Source of the DNA: Dendrobates tinctorius
Taxonomy: Eukaryota
DNA: 64,000 nt
Reading direction: 5' to 3'
Assembly: GCF_039654945.1 (NCBI RefSeq)
Contig: NW_027361676.1
Span: 47,182,001-47,246,000, forward strand
The stretch's first letter is position 1; each line of letters begins with the position of its first letter. Position numbers and translations under genes: made by a program. Shown here in pieces: positions 1-14,133 of the stretch. The notes below the pieces were generated by a model. That model was given only the letters and a program-made list of their open reading frames with translations, had not been told where the DNA came from and searched no databases.

Positions 1-1490
1 TCTAGATGTGTGGTGAGCACTTTAAACTCCCAAGTGCTTTACAGAAGTTTATAACGTAGAGCCGTGAAAATAGAAAAATCATATTTTCTCCATAGAAATG
101 ATCTTTTACCCCAAGATTTTTATTTTCACAAGGGTAACAGGAGAAATTAGACCTCAAAGTTGTGCAATTTGTCCTAAGTACGCCAATACCCCATATGTGG
201 GGGTAAACCACTGTTTGGGTGCATGGCAGAGCTTGGAAGGGAAGGAGCGCTGTTTAACTTTTTTAATGCAGAATTGGCAGGAATTGTAATCGGACGCCAT
301 GTTGCATTTGGAGAGCCCCTGATGTGCCTAAACAGTGGAAAACGCCACAAGTGACACCATTTTGGAAATTTGACCCCTTAAGGAATTTATCTAGATGTGT
401 GGTGAGCACTTTGAACCTCCAAGTGCTTCACAGAAGTTTATAATGCAGAGCCATGAAAAAAAATCATTTTTTTCCTCAAAAATGATTTTTAGCCCACAAT
501 TTTTTATTTTCACAAGGGTAACAGGGGAAATTGGACCCGAAAAGTTGTTGTATAGTCTGTCTTGAGTACGCTGGTACCCCATATGTGGGGAAACCACTGT
601 TTGGGCACATGTCGTGGCTCAGAAGAGAAATAGTGACATTTGAAATGCAGACTTTGAATGGTCTGTGGACGTCATGTTGAGTTTGCAGAGCCCCTGAAGT
701 GCCTAAACAGTAGAAATCCCCCCACAAGTGACCCCATTTTGGAAACTAGACCCCCAAGGAGCTTATCTAGATTTATAGTGAGCATTTTGAATCCCCAAGT
801 TCTTCACAATAACCGTGAAAATAAAAAATATCATATTTTTTCCACAAAAATGATCTTTTCACCCAAAAATTTTTACTTTCACAATGGTAACTGGAGAAAT
901 TGGACCACAAACATTGTTGTGCAATTTGTCCTGAGCACTCTGATTCTCCATATGTGGGGGGAATCACTCTTTGGGTGCATGGCAGAGCTCGGAAGGGAAG
1001 TAGCGCTGTTTTGGAATGCAGACTTTGATGGAATGGTCTGCAGGCATCATGTTGTGTTTGCAGAGCCCTTGATGTCCCTAAACAGTAGAAATACCCCAAA
1101 AGTGACCCCATTTTGGAAACTAGAGCCCCCATGGAGCTTATCTAGATGTGTTGTGAGCACTTTGTACCCCTAAGTGTTTCTCAGAAGTTTATAATGCAAA
1201 GTTGTGAAAATAAAAAATCATTTTTCTCCACAAAAATGATATTTTAGCCCCCAATTTTTTATTTTCCCAAGGGTAACAGGAGAAATTAGACACCATATTT
1301 GTTGTGCACTTTGTCCTGAGTATGCTGATGCCCCATATGTGGGGGTAATCCACTGTTTAGGCGCACAGGAGTGCTCAGAAGGGAGCGAGCACCATTTTAC
1401 TTTTTGAAAGCAAAATTGGCTGGAATCAATGGAGGTGCCATGTCGCGTTTGGAGACCCCCTGATGCACCTAAACAGTTGATACCCCCAAT
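1..1490. repeat. Tandem repeat, ~375-390 bp unit, about 4 copies, inside the piggyBac-like element
   Basis: The unit start tctagat(g/t)t...gtgagca recurs at 1, 390, 766 and 1141. Confidence 0.9.
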
Positions 1491-1740
1491 TCTACCGCAA
1501 CTCTAACCCCAACACACCCCTAACCCTAATCCCAACCATAACTCTAACCACAACCATAACCCAAATCCCAATCCTAACAATAACCCTAACCACAAACCTA
1601 ACTCCAACACACCCTTACCTTAATCCCAACCCTAACCCTACTCCTAACCCTAACGCTAACCCTAATCGTAAGCCTAACCCTAATCCTAACCCTAACCCTA
1701 ACTTTAGCCCAACTCACTTTAGCCTAACGCTAACCCTAAT
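1490..1740 (+). repeat. Degenerate telomere-like (CCCTAA)n tract
   Basis: Many ccctaa/cccaa/ctaa hexamer variants. Confidence 0.85.
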
Positions 1741-2489
1741 GGAAAAATGGAAATAAAATATTTTCTTTTTTCATTATTTTTCCCTAACTAAGGGGGTGAT
1801 AAAGGGGATTTATTCACTATTTTTTTATTTTGATCCCTGTGATAGGGCCTATCACAGTGACCAAAATGAACCAATAGGAAAAATCTTCATATTGTTACCG
1901 GCTGCCGGCCAGCAAATGTTGCCGGGCACATTGCACATGTGCCCGCCATTTTCTTACCAGAAGAAGATGCCAGTGTCCATGGGGGGAAGCCAGGAGAGCA
2001 AGGGACACTGGGAAGTACTAGGGAGATCGGGGACCCTATTTCTCTCTCCTCTGATGTGCAAGGTTTAAGTACCCTTAATTGCCACAGTGAAAAGGCATAT
2101 CGGTGGTCAATAAGGAGTTAATGTTTGGTGAGACATGTCTTGTTTATAATGTGGTGGAAAATCCAGTATCAAAAGCGTGTTAACCTTTAGACTGGAGGGG
2201 ACGCCCATGTGGGTCTGTAGTGTTGATATTCCAGGAATTTCTCTGTCTTCGCCGTTCGCTTCTCACAGTTGATGTTTTTGGACAGGTGATGTCACCATTC
2301 CGTGTGAAGTTTTGCTTTTTTGCTTATGTAGTGTGCAATGTAAGTACTTTACTTTTGTGATTTATATCATGCAAAAGTGTATGCAATATCATACTATTTC
2401 CTGTTTTCAGTAAGCATTTAATTACTGTAATAAAATTAATCGCCTTCTTTAACGCCGTATCCGATCCCTTTAAGTACTTGGCAAAACAG

Positions 2490-3817
2490 TCATCCTCTCA
2501 TGACCTGTAGTAATGGCACCAGTTTGAACTTGATATCAGAATAAAAGACACCTGTCTGCAACCTCAAACAGTCCCACTCCAAACTCCACCATGGTGAAGA
2601 CCAAAGAGCTGTCAAAGGACACCAGAAAAAAAAAATTGTAGCCCTGCACAAGGCTGGGAAGACTGAAGGAAAGCAGCGTGGTGTGATGAAATCAACTGTG
2701 GAAGCAATAATAAGAAAATGGAAGACATACAAGACCACTGTTTATCTCCCTCAATCTGGGGCTCCATGCAAGATCTCACCACATGGGGTCAAAATGATCA
2801 CAAGAATCATTGACAAAAATCCCAGAACCACACGGGGGACTTAGTGATGACCTGCATAGATCTGGGACCACCATAGCAAAGGCTACCATCAACAACAGAC
2901 TACGCAGCCAGGGACTCAGATCTTGCAGTGCCAGACATGTCCCCTGCTTAAGCCAGTACTTGTCCGGGCCTGTCTGAAGTTTGCTAGAGAATATTTGGAT
3001 TATCCAGAAAAGTATTGGGGAATGTCATATGGTCAGATTAAACCAAAGTAGAACTGTTTGGTAGAAGCAAAACTCATTGTGTTTGGAGGAAATAGAATGC
3101 TGAGTTGCATCCAAAGAACACTATACCTACTGTGAAGCATGGGGGTGGCAACATCATGCTTTTGGGCTGTTTCTCTGCAAAGGGACCAGGACGACTGATC
3201 TCCGTGTACGTGAAAAAATGAATGGGGCCTTGTATCTTGAGATTTTGAGTGCAAACCTTCTTCCATCAGCAAGGGCATTGAAGATGAAACATGGATGGGT
3301 GATTCAGCATAATAATGATCCCAAGCACACCACCAGGGCAACAAAGGAGTGATTGTGTAAGAAGCATATGAAGGTCTTGGAGTGATCTAGCCAGTCTCCA
3401 GATGTCAACCTCATAGAAAACTTTTGGAGGGATTTGAAAGTCCATGTTGCCCAGCGACAGGCCCAAAGCATCACTGCTCGAGAGGAGATCTGTTTGGAGG
3501 AACGGGTCAACATATCACCAACAGTGTGTGCCAACCTTGTGAAGACTTACAGAAAATGTTTGACCTCTTTCATTGTCAAGAAAGGATATATAACAAAATA
3601 TTGAGATGAACTTTTGTTAATGATCAAATACTTATTTTCCACCATAATTTGCAAAATAAATGTTGCCAAATCAGACATAGTGATTTTTTGGATTTGTTTT
3701 CTCATTTTGTCTCTCAGAGTTGTGGTAGCCTATGATGTCAATTACAGGCCTTGCTCATCTTTTTAAGTGGGAGAACTTGCACAATTGGTGACTGACTAAA
3801 TACTTTTTTCCCCACTG
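2490..3817 (+). mobile_element. Decayed Tc1/mariner transposon, left end truncated
   Basis: Right TIR ...aaatacttttttccccactg|TA. Internal transposase remnants. Confidence 0.85.
2591..3604 (+). pseudogene. Tc1 transposase pseudogene
   Basis: Starts [11 protein letters not shown]; contains [15 protein letters not shown] and SPDVNLIENLW-like motifs; ends TKY*. Many frameshifts and stops. Confidence 0.85.
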
Positions 3818-4929
3818 TAGCTCAGCTTTCCCACCATCTCTATTGCTCCCAATCTGCTGTCTAGTACTTCACACTAGGAGCATGCACAGAAAATTCTGGT
3901 GACTGCTTGTGACCAAAAGACCCAGCCTAGAGTTATTATTGGGCTGGAAAGGCAATGTGAAGGACATACTGAGAACAAAACAGTGGGTAGAAAGCCGTGG
4001 GTGCAGTGGAGAGGTGAGCAGTGAATTGAGGTTGATTTTTACTTTTTAATCTTTTGCTACTCTCTATTATTCAGCAAGATAGCAACTGCAGCTAACTGCC
4101 ATTTTACTCAATTTGCCTTGAACAAATAGAAAACATTCATTATTCTACAGAATGTAAATTTTTGCTAAATTTTAAGGGAATTCAAACCCAATCAAATATA
4201 TTCATTCATCTCCATTAATTAGCTAAGCAAACTAGCTGCAATATATTTTTCATTAAACAAGAGCTTTATTAAAAATTCAGTTCATGCATTTTCATTAATC
4301 CATAACAGTGCACAATTTAGTGTGCAATTACAAGCAAATATTTTAGGGATGAGCAAAAATGCTCGGTGATGCTTGGATATGGCTCGAGTAGCTGGGTGCT
4401 TGCATGTGCTCAGCACTTGACGAGCATTGGCTGCTGCTCGAATTTGAAGCTTGATTCCCACTTTGCATGTCTGGTGCCTTTTACACAGCCAATAATCAGG
4501 CAGAGATTGCCTGCTAGTCACTGTAATGTCATAGCCATCTTGGTAGTGGCATTACTGTGATTGGCGGACCTCATTGCAGAGGTTATATAAAGTCTGGCTC
4601 CACCATGCTCACTGACACCATTACACTGCTCAGGGACTGTTCCAATTGGAGGGAGATAGCAGTTTTTCACGCCTGTATGTGCACAGATTAACCAACCAGA
4701 GTCCTCTAGTGTTGATACTGGTGCTGATGCTGAACCATTATACTAACAGTCCTAAAGGCTAATCGTGTGCTTTTTCTGTTTGCATCAGATATATTCTGTA
4801 TTTAGCCTAGAGACCATTGCAGAAGCAGGGAGAGTAGCAGAATTAAGCCTCTAGGCAAAGATTAGAGCTTTGTAGTCATTGCTAAATGTATAGCTGCTGC
4901 ACGTGACAAGATTCTTTTCTGGGGTGAAA

Positions 4930-5060
4930 AATTTGTCATCAATAGAGTCTTACATTATGGTGGTATATTAAACTCCAAAAAAATTCAAAACATTTTCTAA
5001 ATTCAATTTGTTATCCATAGAATATTACATGCTTTGCTTTACATTTCAGTGGTATATACT
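4930..5060. repeat. ~90-bp tandem repeat, left part (interrupted at 5063)
   Basis: ttacatt..gtggtatat.aa.ctccaaaaa...aatttgttatccatag; the same unit resumes at 13242. Confidence 0.75.
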
Positions 5061-5289
5061 GCTAGAAATCAGCGAACCTTTTAAGGTTCCGTTCAGCTTG
5101 GCTCTCCAAACATTTCACGGAACTCATCAGAACCCCATTGAATTTAATGGGAATCAAAACAAAAAAACGCCTAGAGAATAGCTTCAGGGGAGCCTAAAAG
5201 CTGCCAAAACAGCTTAAATTAGGGGCAGACTACAGGAAATGTGGCATAAATTTACCCAGAGTACAAATAGTATAGTGCACAGCATGGAT

Positions 5290-6170
5290 GCATGAGACTG
5301 TGCTTGGACCAGCATTTCTAGCTTAAACATTGATCGGTGGATGAGTGGCAGACGTAGGCCTGGTGCTCTAAGAGCCTTGCCAAATTCAGCCAACACACAT
5401 AAAGGAGACTCAACTTGGAGTCCACACCATTCCAAAAGTTAGGATCACACACCATGAAAATGGGATCAATTGACCCACAATAGAAATTTTTTAAAGGTGT
5501 AGTAGTTAGGCATGGGCCATGCATGAGACAGGGTCTGGGTCAGGAGCTACAGCTTTGAAACTAAGTTGAGATTAAGAGATGGGTGATGAACAGTGTAGTC
5601 CTACTGTTCTGGGAGCCCTGCCAAATTCAGGCAATTCACATGAAGGAGACTCAACTTGGAGTCCAAACATTTCCAAAAGTTAGGGTCAGACACCATGAAA
5701 AGTGGCATCAATTGACCCACTGTAGAAATGTTATAATGTTGCAGCATGTACGGATGGGACAGGGTCTGGCCCAGCATTTCTAGCTTACAAGTTGATCAAT
5801 AAGAGATGGATAAGGGACAGATGTAGGCCTGGCAGTATGATATCCCTTCCACTTCAGGCAACCCAATAGATGGAGACCCAAATTGGAGTTTACACGCTTC
5901 AAAAAATTATTGGCATACACCTCAAAAGTGACATCAATTTCCCCAGAGTAGAGATAGTATAATGGCACTCTCTCACCACTTCCACTACAGGCAACCCTTC
6001 AGATGGAGACAAAACTTGGAGTCTCCACTTTTCAAAGCATTTTTGGCAGACAGCACTGAAGTGGCATCAATTTCTCCAGAGTAGAAACTGTGTAATGTTG
6101 CTCTGACACCCTTTTCACTACAGGCAACCCACCAGATGGAGACCCAATTTGGAGTCTCCACATTTCAAAA
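5290..6170. repeat. Degenerate tandem repeats (~130-240 bp) inside the inner hAT element
   Basis: ggagac..aa.ttggagt recurs near 5404, 5645, 5872, 6005 and 6139. Confidence 0.65.
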
Positions 6171-6459
6171 AATGATCTTCAAGGCTTACCGCTGTATGGC
6201 TGCCAAAGAAAAGTAGATGTTGTCAGTTGTCTTTGCATAGAACGAGCTTGTGTTTGTTCAGTAGAGCTTTCAGTAGCATTACCACCTACCTCACGTATAC
6301 CTCAGACACCATGCCTATTCCCCCTTTCATCATGACCTTGCCTTTTTTCCCACTCATGTTGGATGTACACCTCCCCTCTTTTAACCAGCAGTTTCACAAC
6401 TCTAGGCCCAGACCTGTCAATCACCTGTCACTAAATTAACAATCAGTATTTATTTGCTG

Positions 6460-6770
6460 AGATCATTTGTCTGGACCAAAATAAGCACAAATCATTTAAA
6501 TGCTGCAATGTGAACTGGTGGCTGGACCACATAGTTAGCTCAAAGGATTTATATTCTGAAATTTGGATTGGTGGCTGGACCACACAATTAGCACAAAGGA
6601 TTTATATGCTGAAAATGTAGACAGGAGGCTAGACCACACAATTAGCACAAATGATTAATATGCTGAAGTGGGAACTGGTCACTGTACCACAGCAACAGCA
6701 GCAGTATGGATTTGTATGCTGAAGTGGTGACTTGTATCTGCACCACAGAATTAGCACTCCAGATATGCTG
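6460..6770. repeat. ~52-bp degenerate minisatellite
   Basis: gctggaccac..aattagcacaaa.gatttatatgctgaa recurs about 6 times. Confidence 0.7.
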
Positions 6771-6885
6771 GAAGGCAGATTTGATCCTATCTATCTGAAC
6801 TAGCTGAGAATAAACTGCTTAGCTAACTTTTCGACTACTTGCTGCAGCAGCCTCAGTACGCTGTTACACTCACAAAATGGCACCA

Positions 6886-9592
6886 AATCATAGAATCATA
6901 GAATCATAGAATCGTAGAGTTGGAAGGGACCTCCTGGGCCATCTGGTCCAACCCCCTGCTCAAAGCAGGATTCGCTAAATCATCCCAGTCAGATGTCTGT
7001 CCAGCCTCTGTTTGAAGACTTCCATTGAAGGAGAACTCACCACTTCTCGTGGCAGCCTGTTCCACTCATTGATCACTCTAACTGTCAAAAAGTTTTTTCT
7101 AATATCTAATCTGTGTCTCCTCCCATTCAGTTTCATCCCATTGCTTCTAGTCTTTCCTTGTGCAAATGAGAATAAAGTTGATCCTTCTACAATGTGACAG
7201 CCCTTTAGATATTTGTAGACAGCTATTAAGTCTCCTCTCAGTCTTCTCTTTTGCAAACTAAACATTCCCAAATCCTGCAACCTTTCCTCATAAGACAGGG
7301 TTTGCAGACCGGTCACCATTCTGGTCGCTCTTTTCTGAACTTGCTCCGGTTTGTTGATGTCTTTTTTAAAATATGGTGCCCAAAACTGGACACAATATTC
7401 CAGATGAGGTCTGACCAAAGAGGAGTAGAGGGAAATAATGACTTCACATGATCTAGACTGTATGCTTCTGTTAATACATCCTAGAATTGCATTTGCCTTT
7501 TTTGCTGCTGCATCACACTGTTGACTCATATTCAGTCTGTGATCTATTAGTATACCCAAGTCTTTTTCACATGTGCTGTCACTTAACCCTATTCCTCCCA
7601 TTCTATATATGCTTTTTTCATTTTTATTGCCCAGATGTAGTACTTTGCATTTCTCCCTGTTAAAAACCATGCTGTTAGTTGCTGCCCACTTCTCCAGTTT
7701 ATTTAAATCTTTTTGAATCCTCTCTCTCTCTTCTCTAGTATTAGCTATCCCTCCTAGCTTTGTGTCATCAGCAAATTTAATCAGTTTACCCTCAATTCCT
7801 TCATCTAAATCGTTGATAAAGATGTTGAACAATATAGGGCCCAGGACAGAACCCTGTGGTACCCCACTTGAGACATTCTTCCAACTGGATGTGCAGCCAT
7901 TTACGATCATTCTTTGGGTCCGATCACTAAGCCAGTTATGAATCCACCAAACAGTTGCCTTGTCCATTCCATACTTAGTCATTTTTTCAATAAGGATTGT
8001 ATGAGAGACTTTGTCAAATGCTTTGCTGAAGTCAAGATATACTATATCTACAGCATTTCCTTGATCCACCCAATCAGTATTACCGTCATAGAAGGAAATT
8101 AAATTAGTCTGACATGACTTATTAGTTACAAACCCATGCTGACTCTGCTTAATCACTTCATTCTTATCCAGGTATTGACATACATGTTGTTTAATAATTT
8201 GTTCAAAGATCTTTCCTGGTATAGAAGTCAGACTCACCGGCCTATAGTTGCCTGGGTCCACCTTCTTCCCCTTTTTGAAGATAGGAACAACATTTGCTCT
8301 TCTCCAGTCTTCTGGCACTTCTCCTGTTCTCCAAGAATTTTCAAAGATTATGGAGAGGGGTTCAAAAATTTCTTCTGCTATCTCCTTCAGTACTCTGGGG
8401 TGTAATTCATCTGGACCTGGAGACTTGAATTCATTTAGGTTAGCTAAGTGTTTCCTCACTATCTTTCTGTTTATAGATATCCTGGATTCTTCTATTCCCT
8501 TAATAGGACAGTGAATAACAGTTGATGTTACATTTCCTTTCTGAGAGAAAACAGATGCAAAATAGGAATTTAAAAGTTCAGCCTTCTCAACATCCTGTCT
8601 TACCATTTCATCATTTTCATCCTGTAAAAATCCTATAGCATCTTTGACTTTTCTTTTACTTTTGACATATCCCCAAAATCCTTTATTATTGCTTTTGACA
8701 TCTCTTGCAAGCCTCAATTCATTTTCAGCTTTAGCTAATCTGATTTGTGCCCTGCAGGTTCTGTAGACAGCATTATATTCTTCTTTAGATATGCCTCCCT
8801 CTTTCCATTTTATAAACATTTTTTTCTTCCTTTTTAGCATGTGCTTAAGTTCTGTGTTCATCCATCCTGGTTTCCTTAAATGCTTCCTATTCTTCCCTCT
8901 TTTTGGAATTGTTAACAACTGTGCTTTGAGAATTTCATTTTTCAAGATTTCCCATCCTTCCTGGACATTTTTGTCTTTAAGGATATCCAGCCATTGGATC
9001 CCTCCAATTCTCTTTCTGAATCCCTTAAAATCTGCCCTTCTGAAATATAAACCTTGACATCTGAGTCTTCACAGGTCTTCCGCCTCTAGTTATCCAAAAT
9101 TCTAAAATAGCATGGTCGCTACCTCCTAGGGTCCAAGCCACTTTTACCTCCTCAACCATTTCCTCCCTGTTTATAAGAATTAGATCCAAGGTAGCAGTTC
9201 CCCTTGTTTTCTCCCTTACCTTTTGGAAGATAAAGTTGTCAGCAAGAGAGGATAAGAATTTCCTTGACCTGTTAGTTTTGCCTGAGAGAGATTCCCAACA
9301 AATGTCTGGATAGTTGAAATCTCCCATGACAACTGTCATATTTTTTGGAGAACTTGGCCATTTGATGCATAAAGAGTTCATCCATATCTTCAGTTTGCAC
9401 AGGCGGCCTGTAGTAAATGCCTACAATGGTGTCCTTTCCATTGTTCTGTCCTTGTATTCTTACCCAAACAGTTTCCACAGAACTCCCAGTCTCTGAAGCT
9501 TCAATCTCTGTGCAGATATATGCGTTTCTAACATACAATGCAACACCTCCTCCTCGTTTATCAAGTCTGTTTCTTGCAAATAAGTTGTATCC
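6886..9592 (-). mobile_element. CR1 LINE, 5'-truncated
   Basis: (ATTCTATG)n 3' tail at 6886-6917 on the minus strand. APE endonuclease remnants (GGGVALY, YYRPP, GDFNYPDI, SDH) and an RT ORF. Confidence 0.97.
6975..8945 (-). pseudogene. CR1 ORF2 RT and C-terminal region (open for 656 codons; upstream endonuclease part 9025-9592 is frameshifted)
   Basis: [59 protein letters not shown]. Confidence 0.95.
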
Positions 9593-10939
9593 TATCCAAA
9601 GGTAGTAACAGAGCAAATTTATATTTTATCATGTGTACCCTTGTATGGAGAACAATACAAGTTTGTGCCCCAAAAAATGAAAAGATGAAATGTAGCCTGC
9701 TTTTGGTAGCACAATAGTAAGAAAATAAATTTTGATTTTATCATGTGTACCTCTGTATAGAAAGCAATATCAGCACCCAAAAATTTCAAAATGACGTCTA
9801 GCCTGCTGTATAACATTATTAACGGAAAATAGTGTTTTTTAACTGTGGTTGAGGCCTGTATATAATCAAAAATATGTTCAAAACTATTTCAAACTGAGAT
9901 CTAGCCTGATGTTTCACGTTTGTAACCGAAAATAAATGTTTTTTTTAATGTGTATGAGCTCTGCAAACAGCTTAATTTCACCACCACTAATTGACAAGGT
10001 GGGATATGGCGTGCTGAAGCACATTAGCAACAGCCCCCAAAATAATTTTTTTACTATGCAACAGCTCTACACACAGAACAATTTCACCGCCACAAAATTA
10101 CAATGTGGGATGTGGTGGGCTGTGTCACATTTAGCACCAGAAAACAATTTTGTATTTAATCTGTATGAGCTATGTAGACAGTTGAATTTCACCAACACTA
10201 AATGACAATGTGTTAAATGGCATGCTGAATCACGTTAGCAACTGCCCCCCTAATTTTTTTTACCATTCAGCAGTGCTACACACAGAACTATTTCTCAAAA
10301 TTTAACGTAGGATATTGCAAACTGTATAACGTTTAGCAACAGAAAAAGAATAATGTGCATAAGCTCTGGAGACAACTTAATTTCACAGCCACAAAGTTAC
10401 AATGTGGGATATGGCGGGCTGTATCATGTTTAGGAACATAATTTTTTTAATGTATGTCAGCTTTGCAAATAGCTTCATTTCACCTCCACAAAATTACAAC
10501 ATGAGATATGACAGGATGTATCACATTTAGCAACAGAATTTTTTTTTTAATGTGCTGAACTCTGCAGACAGCTTCCTTTCACCGTCACAAAATTACAATG
10601 TGGGATATGGTGGGCTGTATCACGTTTAGCAACAGAAATTTTTTCTGTAATGTGCGGGAGCTCTGCAGATACCTTCATTTCACTGCCATAAAAATACAAC
10701 ATGGGATACGGTTCGTTGTATCACGTTTAGCAACAGAAATATAGATCTCTTTAATGTGCATGAGCTCTGCAGACTACTTAATTTAACTACCACAAAATTA
10801 CGATGTGGGATGTGGCGGGATGTATTACTTTTAGCAAAAGAAGGTTTTGTTTTTTAATCTTCATGACTTAAGCAGACAGTTGAATTTCACCGACCCTAAA
10901 TGACAAGGTTATATATGGCATGTTGAATCACATTAGTAA

Positions 10940-11787
10940 GGCTGGTTTCACACTTGCGTTTTTTTGCGCTGTATTTTAGCGCTAAAAACCGCATGCGCTT
11001 TTTTCCCTAGATTTTGTATGGGATGCGCTTATGTGCGCATACACATGCGTTTGTATGCGTTTTTACGTGCATGCGTTTTTTTGTGGTGTGCACTCGGGCG
11101 CACAAAATGCATCCTGTTGCATTTTTTGGGCGTCCGACATGCCTCAAAAAAACGCATGCACGCGCAATGCGTTTTTTTACAGCAAGACACCCATTATAAG
11201 TCTATGGGTGTGCATATGTGCGTATTGGCATGCTCATGTATGTTTTTTTGCGCATGCGTTTTTAGGTTGACCATTGGTTAGACAATGGAAATTAGGGGTT
11301 TGGGTTACAGTTAGGGTTAGTTAAGGGGGTTTTGGGTTAGGGTTAGGGTTTGGGTTAGGGTTAGTATGGTTTGGTTAAGGTTTAGGGTTTAGGGTTAGGG
11401 TTAAGGTTTGGGTTAGGGTTAGTAGGGTTTGGTTAAGGGTTAGGGTTAGTATGGTTTAGTTAAGGGTTAGGGTTATGGTCAGGGTTAGGGTTAGGGTATG
11501 GTTTGGTTAAGGGTTAGGGTATGGTTTGGTTAAGGGTTAGGGTTTTGGTTAGTAAAGTCATGGTTTGGGTTAGTGTGAGGGGCCAACTAATGTTGGAAAA
11601 AAATGCAAACGCGGTAAAAATGCACTAAAAACGCATACAAACGCATAAAAATGCTGCTTTTTTTTCATGCATGCTCATAAAAATGCTTGAAAAAAACGCA
11701 GCATTTGTATGCGTTTGTATGCGTTTTTTCCATGCGTTTTTTTGCGGGAAAAACGCGCTGCAAAACAAAGCAAGTGTGAAAGTAGCC
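10940..11787. mobile_element. PIF/Harbinger-type MITE with a central telomere-like tract
   Basis: TIRs ggctggtttcacacttgc / gcaagtgtgaaagtagcc (16/18 match), TAA/TTA flanks, and inverted tgcgttttt/aaaacgca subterminal arrays. Confidence 0.85.
11291..11575 (+). repeat. Degenerate (TTAGGG)n interstitial telomere-like repeat
   Basis: Runs of gggttagggtta with variants. Confidence 0.9.
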
Positions 11788-13241
11788 TTAAACATTTTTT
11801 ACTGTGTAACAGCTCTATGCACAGAACATTTTCTCCTCCACAAAATTTCAACGTGGGATATAGCGTGCTATATCACGTTTAGCAGCAGAATTTAGTTTTT
11901 TTTAATGTGCATGAGCTCTGCAGATAGCTTAATTAAGTTTTTTTCACCACCACAAAATTACAGTGTGAGATATGGTGGGCTTTATCACATTTAGCAACAG
12001 AATTTTTTTTTCTTTAAAATCTGCATGAGCTACACAGACAGTTGAACTTCACCACCACTAAAAGCAAGGTGAGATGCGGCATGCTGAATCACGGTAGCAA
12101 CTGCCCAAAAAATTATTTATCATCACTAACAACTCAAATCACAGACCAATGTCATCACAAGACTAAAGGGCAAGGTGACATATGCCTTGCTGTGTCACAT
12201 TTAGCAAGTGAAAAAATAAGATTTAGAAAGGTCTACTCATGCATGGAGCATGATAGAATCAATGCACAACACACTTCTATAAAAAGTGCCTTGCTGTCAT
12301 TATCTGTGGACCTCATTAATGGCACAAAAAATCTGCTGGAAGGTTGATTTCCCAGCCACAGAGGACACTAGCTATCTAAGCTATATGACTAACAAACAAT
12401 CTCCAAGCTAACTACCTAAAATCTGAACAAGGAAAAAGAAGACCACTATGATGAATGCACACCACAATTGTAATTTGTGGATAGAAAAAGCTTTATTGAC
12501 AACAACGCATAAAAACATCTAAAAACAGTGGTAAGGAACAAACCGCATGTGCCCTGCTCCTATATACAATAGATAATATACAAAATATGCAGCAGCCCTA
12601 TATGGACCAGCAACCTGCAAGAAAACAACATGTGCTAGAAGTTCATATATATACCCACAATAGGAAGAGGGTCCAAACCAGAGAAACCATGTGATAACCT
12701 GGATATACAAAAATTGTATATGTAAGTACAATAGTCAAGCAAATTTAATTATATTGCAGTAGACCCAAGAATACAATATACCGCACATGCTGTCTGTAGT
12801 AATTGAGCATCATCAGCTGCCTCTCTGCACTGTTACAGTGTCAAAATGCCACTAAAAAACATCTCCACTCTTTATATAGAGAGGGACATGTGATTTCAGC
12901 AGCCAGTGACATAAGCCATTGTATCAGGACAATGTGGATATTTCCTTCTCCCTGACTGGATAGCAGCAATGTGCACACATAACATTAGGAGAAAAAAAAA
13001 AAAAGTTACCATGCACGCCGTTCCCACATGCCCTATGCTCATCATGCACCACCATGTAGCCAAAGTGCTCAAAATGCTTTAGTGACAACGCAAATATTTT
13101 CATGCACTTTTTACCTAATGTTTCTCATTTTTTCTGATTTTATAAATAATGCTTGTGTTTCCGTTCACAAATCTGAATGTGCCATATTTGTGTAGATTTT
13201 ATGTTTGGCAATTGTTTTTCGAACACATTCGTTCATCACTA

Positions 13242-14040
13242 TATATAACACTCCGAAAAAGTGTCCAAAAATTTTTTGGGATTGAATTTGTTATCCATAG
13301 AGGATTACATGCTTTGTTTTAAATTTCAGTGATATATAACACTCCTAAAAAGCATTCAAAACATTTTCTGGCTTGAATTTGGCAACCATGAAGTATTACA
13401 TGATTTGTGTTATATTTCAGTGGTACATAACACTCCAAAAACCATTCAGCTATTTTTCTGGATTTAATTTGTTGTCCATAGAGTATTAAGTACCTTATTT
13501 TACAATTTGGTGGTATTTGACACTACAAAAAACAAGAGAAAAATGTTCTGGATTTAACAAGTCATCCATGAAGTAATGCTTGCTTTAATTTGCATTTCAG
13601 TGATATATAAAACTCCAAAAAACTATTCAAAAATTTTAGTGGATTGAATTTGTTATCCATAGAGTATTACGTGCCAAAAAAGCGTTCAAAATTTCTTATG
13701 GGTTGAAGTTGTCATCGACAGAGTGTTATGTGCTTTGTGTTACATTTTGGTGGTGTACAACACTAGAGAGTTCAACAACGTTTTTCTGGATTCAATTAGT
13801 CATCTATATTACATCCTTTTTTTACATTTTGGTGGTATGGAACACTCCAAAAAAGCTTTAAAAAACAAACTTTTTCTGGATGCAATTTGTATTCCACGGA
13901 GTATTTCATGCTTTGTTTTACATTTTGGTGGTATATAACACACTAAAAAAGCTATAAAATTTTGTTTTATTCAATTTGTTATCCATAGCGTATTATTCAC
14001 TTTGTTTTAGACTTGAGTTGGATATAACACTCCAAAAAAT
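13242..14040. repeat. ~90-bp tandem repeat, right part (~9 copies)
   Basis: ataacactcc at about 13246, 13337 and 13427 and onward; period 90-91. Confidence 0.85.
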
Positions 14041-14133
14041 GAATGTAGGGGTACATCCACTACAGTTAAAAATATTTGAATGAGACCCAAAAGTTGTTGC
14101 TTTCAAGGGTCTATGGATGACTGGATGACCCGC

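Larger units (their letters stand above)
1..2117. mobile_element. Non-autonomous piggyBac-like DNA transposon, right portion (left end lies outside the window)
   Basis: Ends ...gtcaataaggag|TTAA (TTAA at 2118-2121). 1740-2120 is homologous to 16640-17255 of the complete TTAA-flanked copy at 15810-17251. Confidence 0.7.
9940..12210. repeat. ~100-bp tandem repeat array, split by the MITE at 10940-11787
   Basis: tttcacc.ccacaaaattaca.tgtgggata...tatcacgtttagcaacagaa recurs at about 10381, 10478, 10577, 10678 and 10782, and again after 11790. Confidence 0.85.
5063..13241. mobile_element. Non-autonomous hAT-type element (inner), inserted into the 90-bp array
   Basis: Termini tagaaatcagcgaa (5063) and ttcgttcatcacta (13241) resemble TAG(A/T)GATGAGCGAA TIRs. 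The host repeat unit is split at ggtatata|acactcc. Confidence 0.65.

Noticed and set aside
658-1173. 171-aa ORF
   Set aside because: It lies within the ~380-bp tandem repeat of a non-autonomous element and is not maintained in the other units.
6170-6360. Possible 5' remnant of a hAT transposase on the minus strand (MSGKKGK...)
   Set aside because: Too short and degraded; no BED finger or catalytic motif is visible.
11291-11575. True telomere or chromosome-fusion scar
   Set aside because: The tract is degenerate, has no head-to-head arrangement and is enclosed by MITE TIRs.
12450-12790. A-rich insert resembling a reversed PLE 3' fragment
   Set aside because: No TSD, ribozyme or homology that I can confirm.
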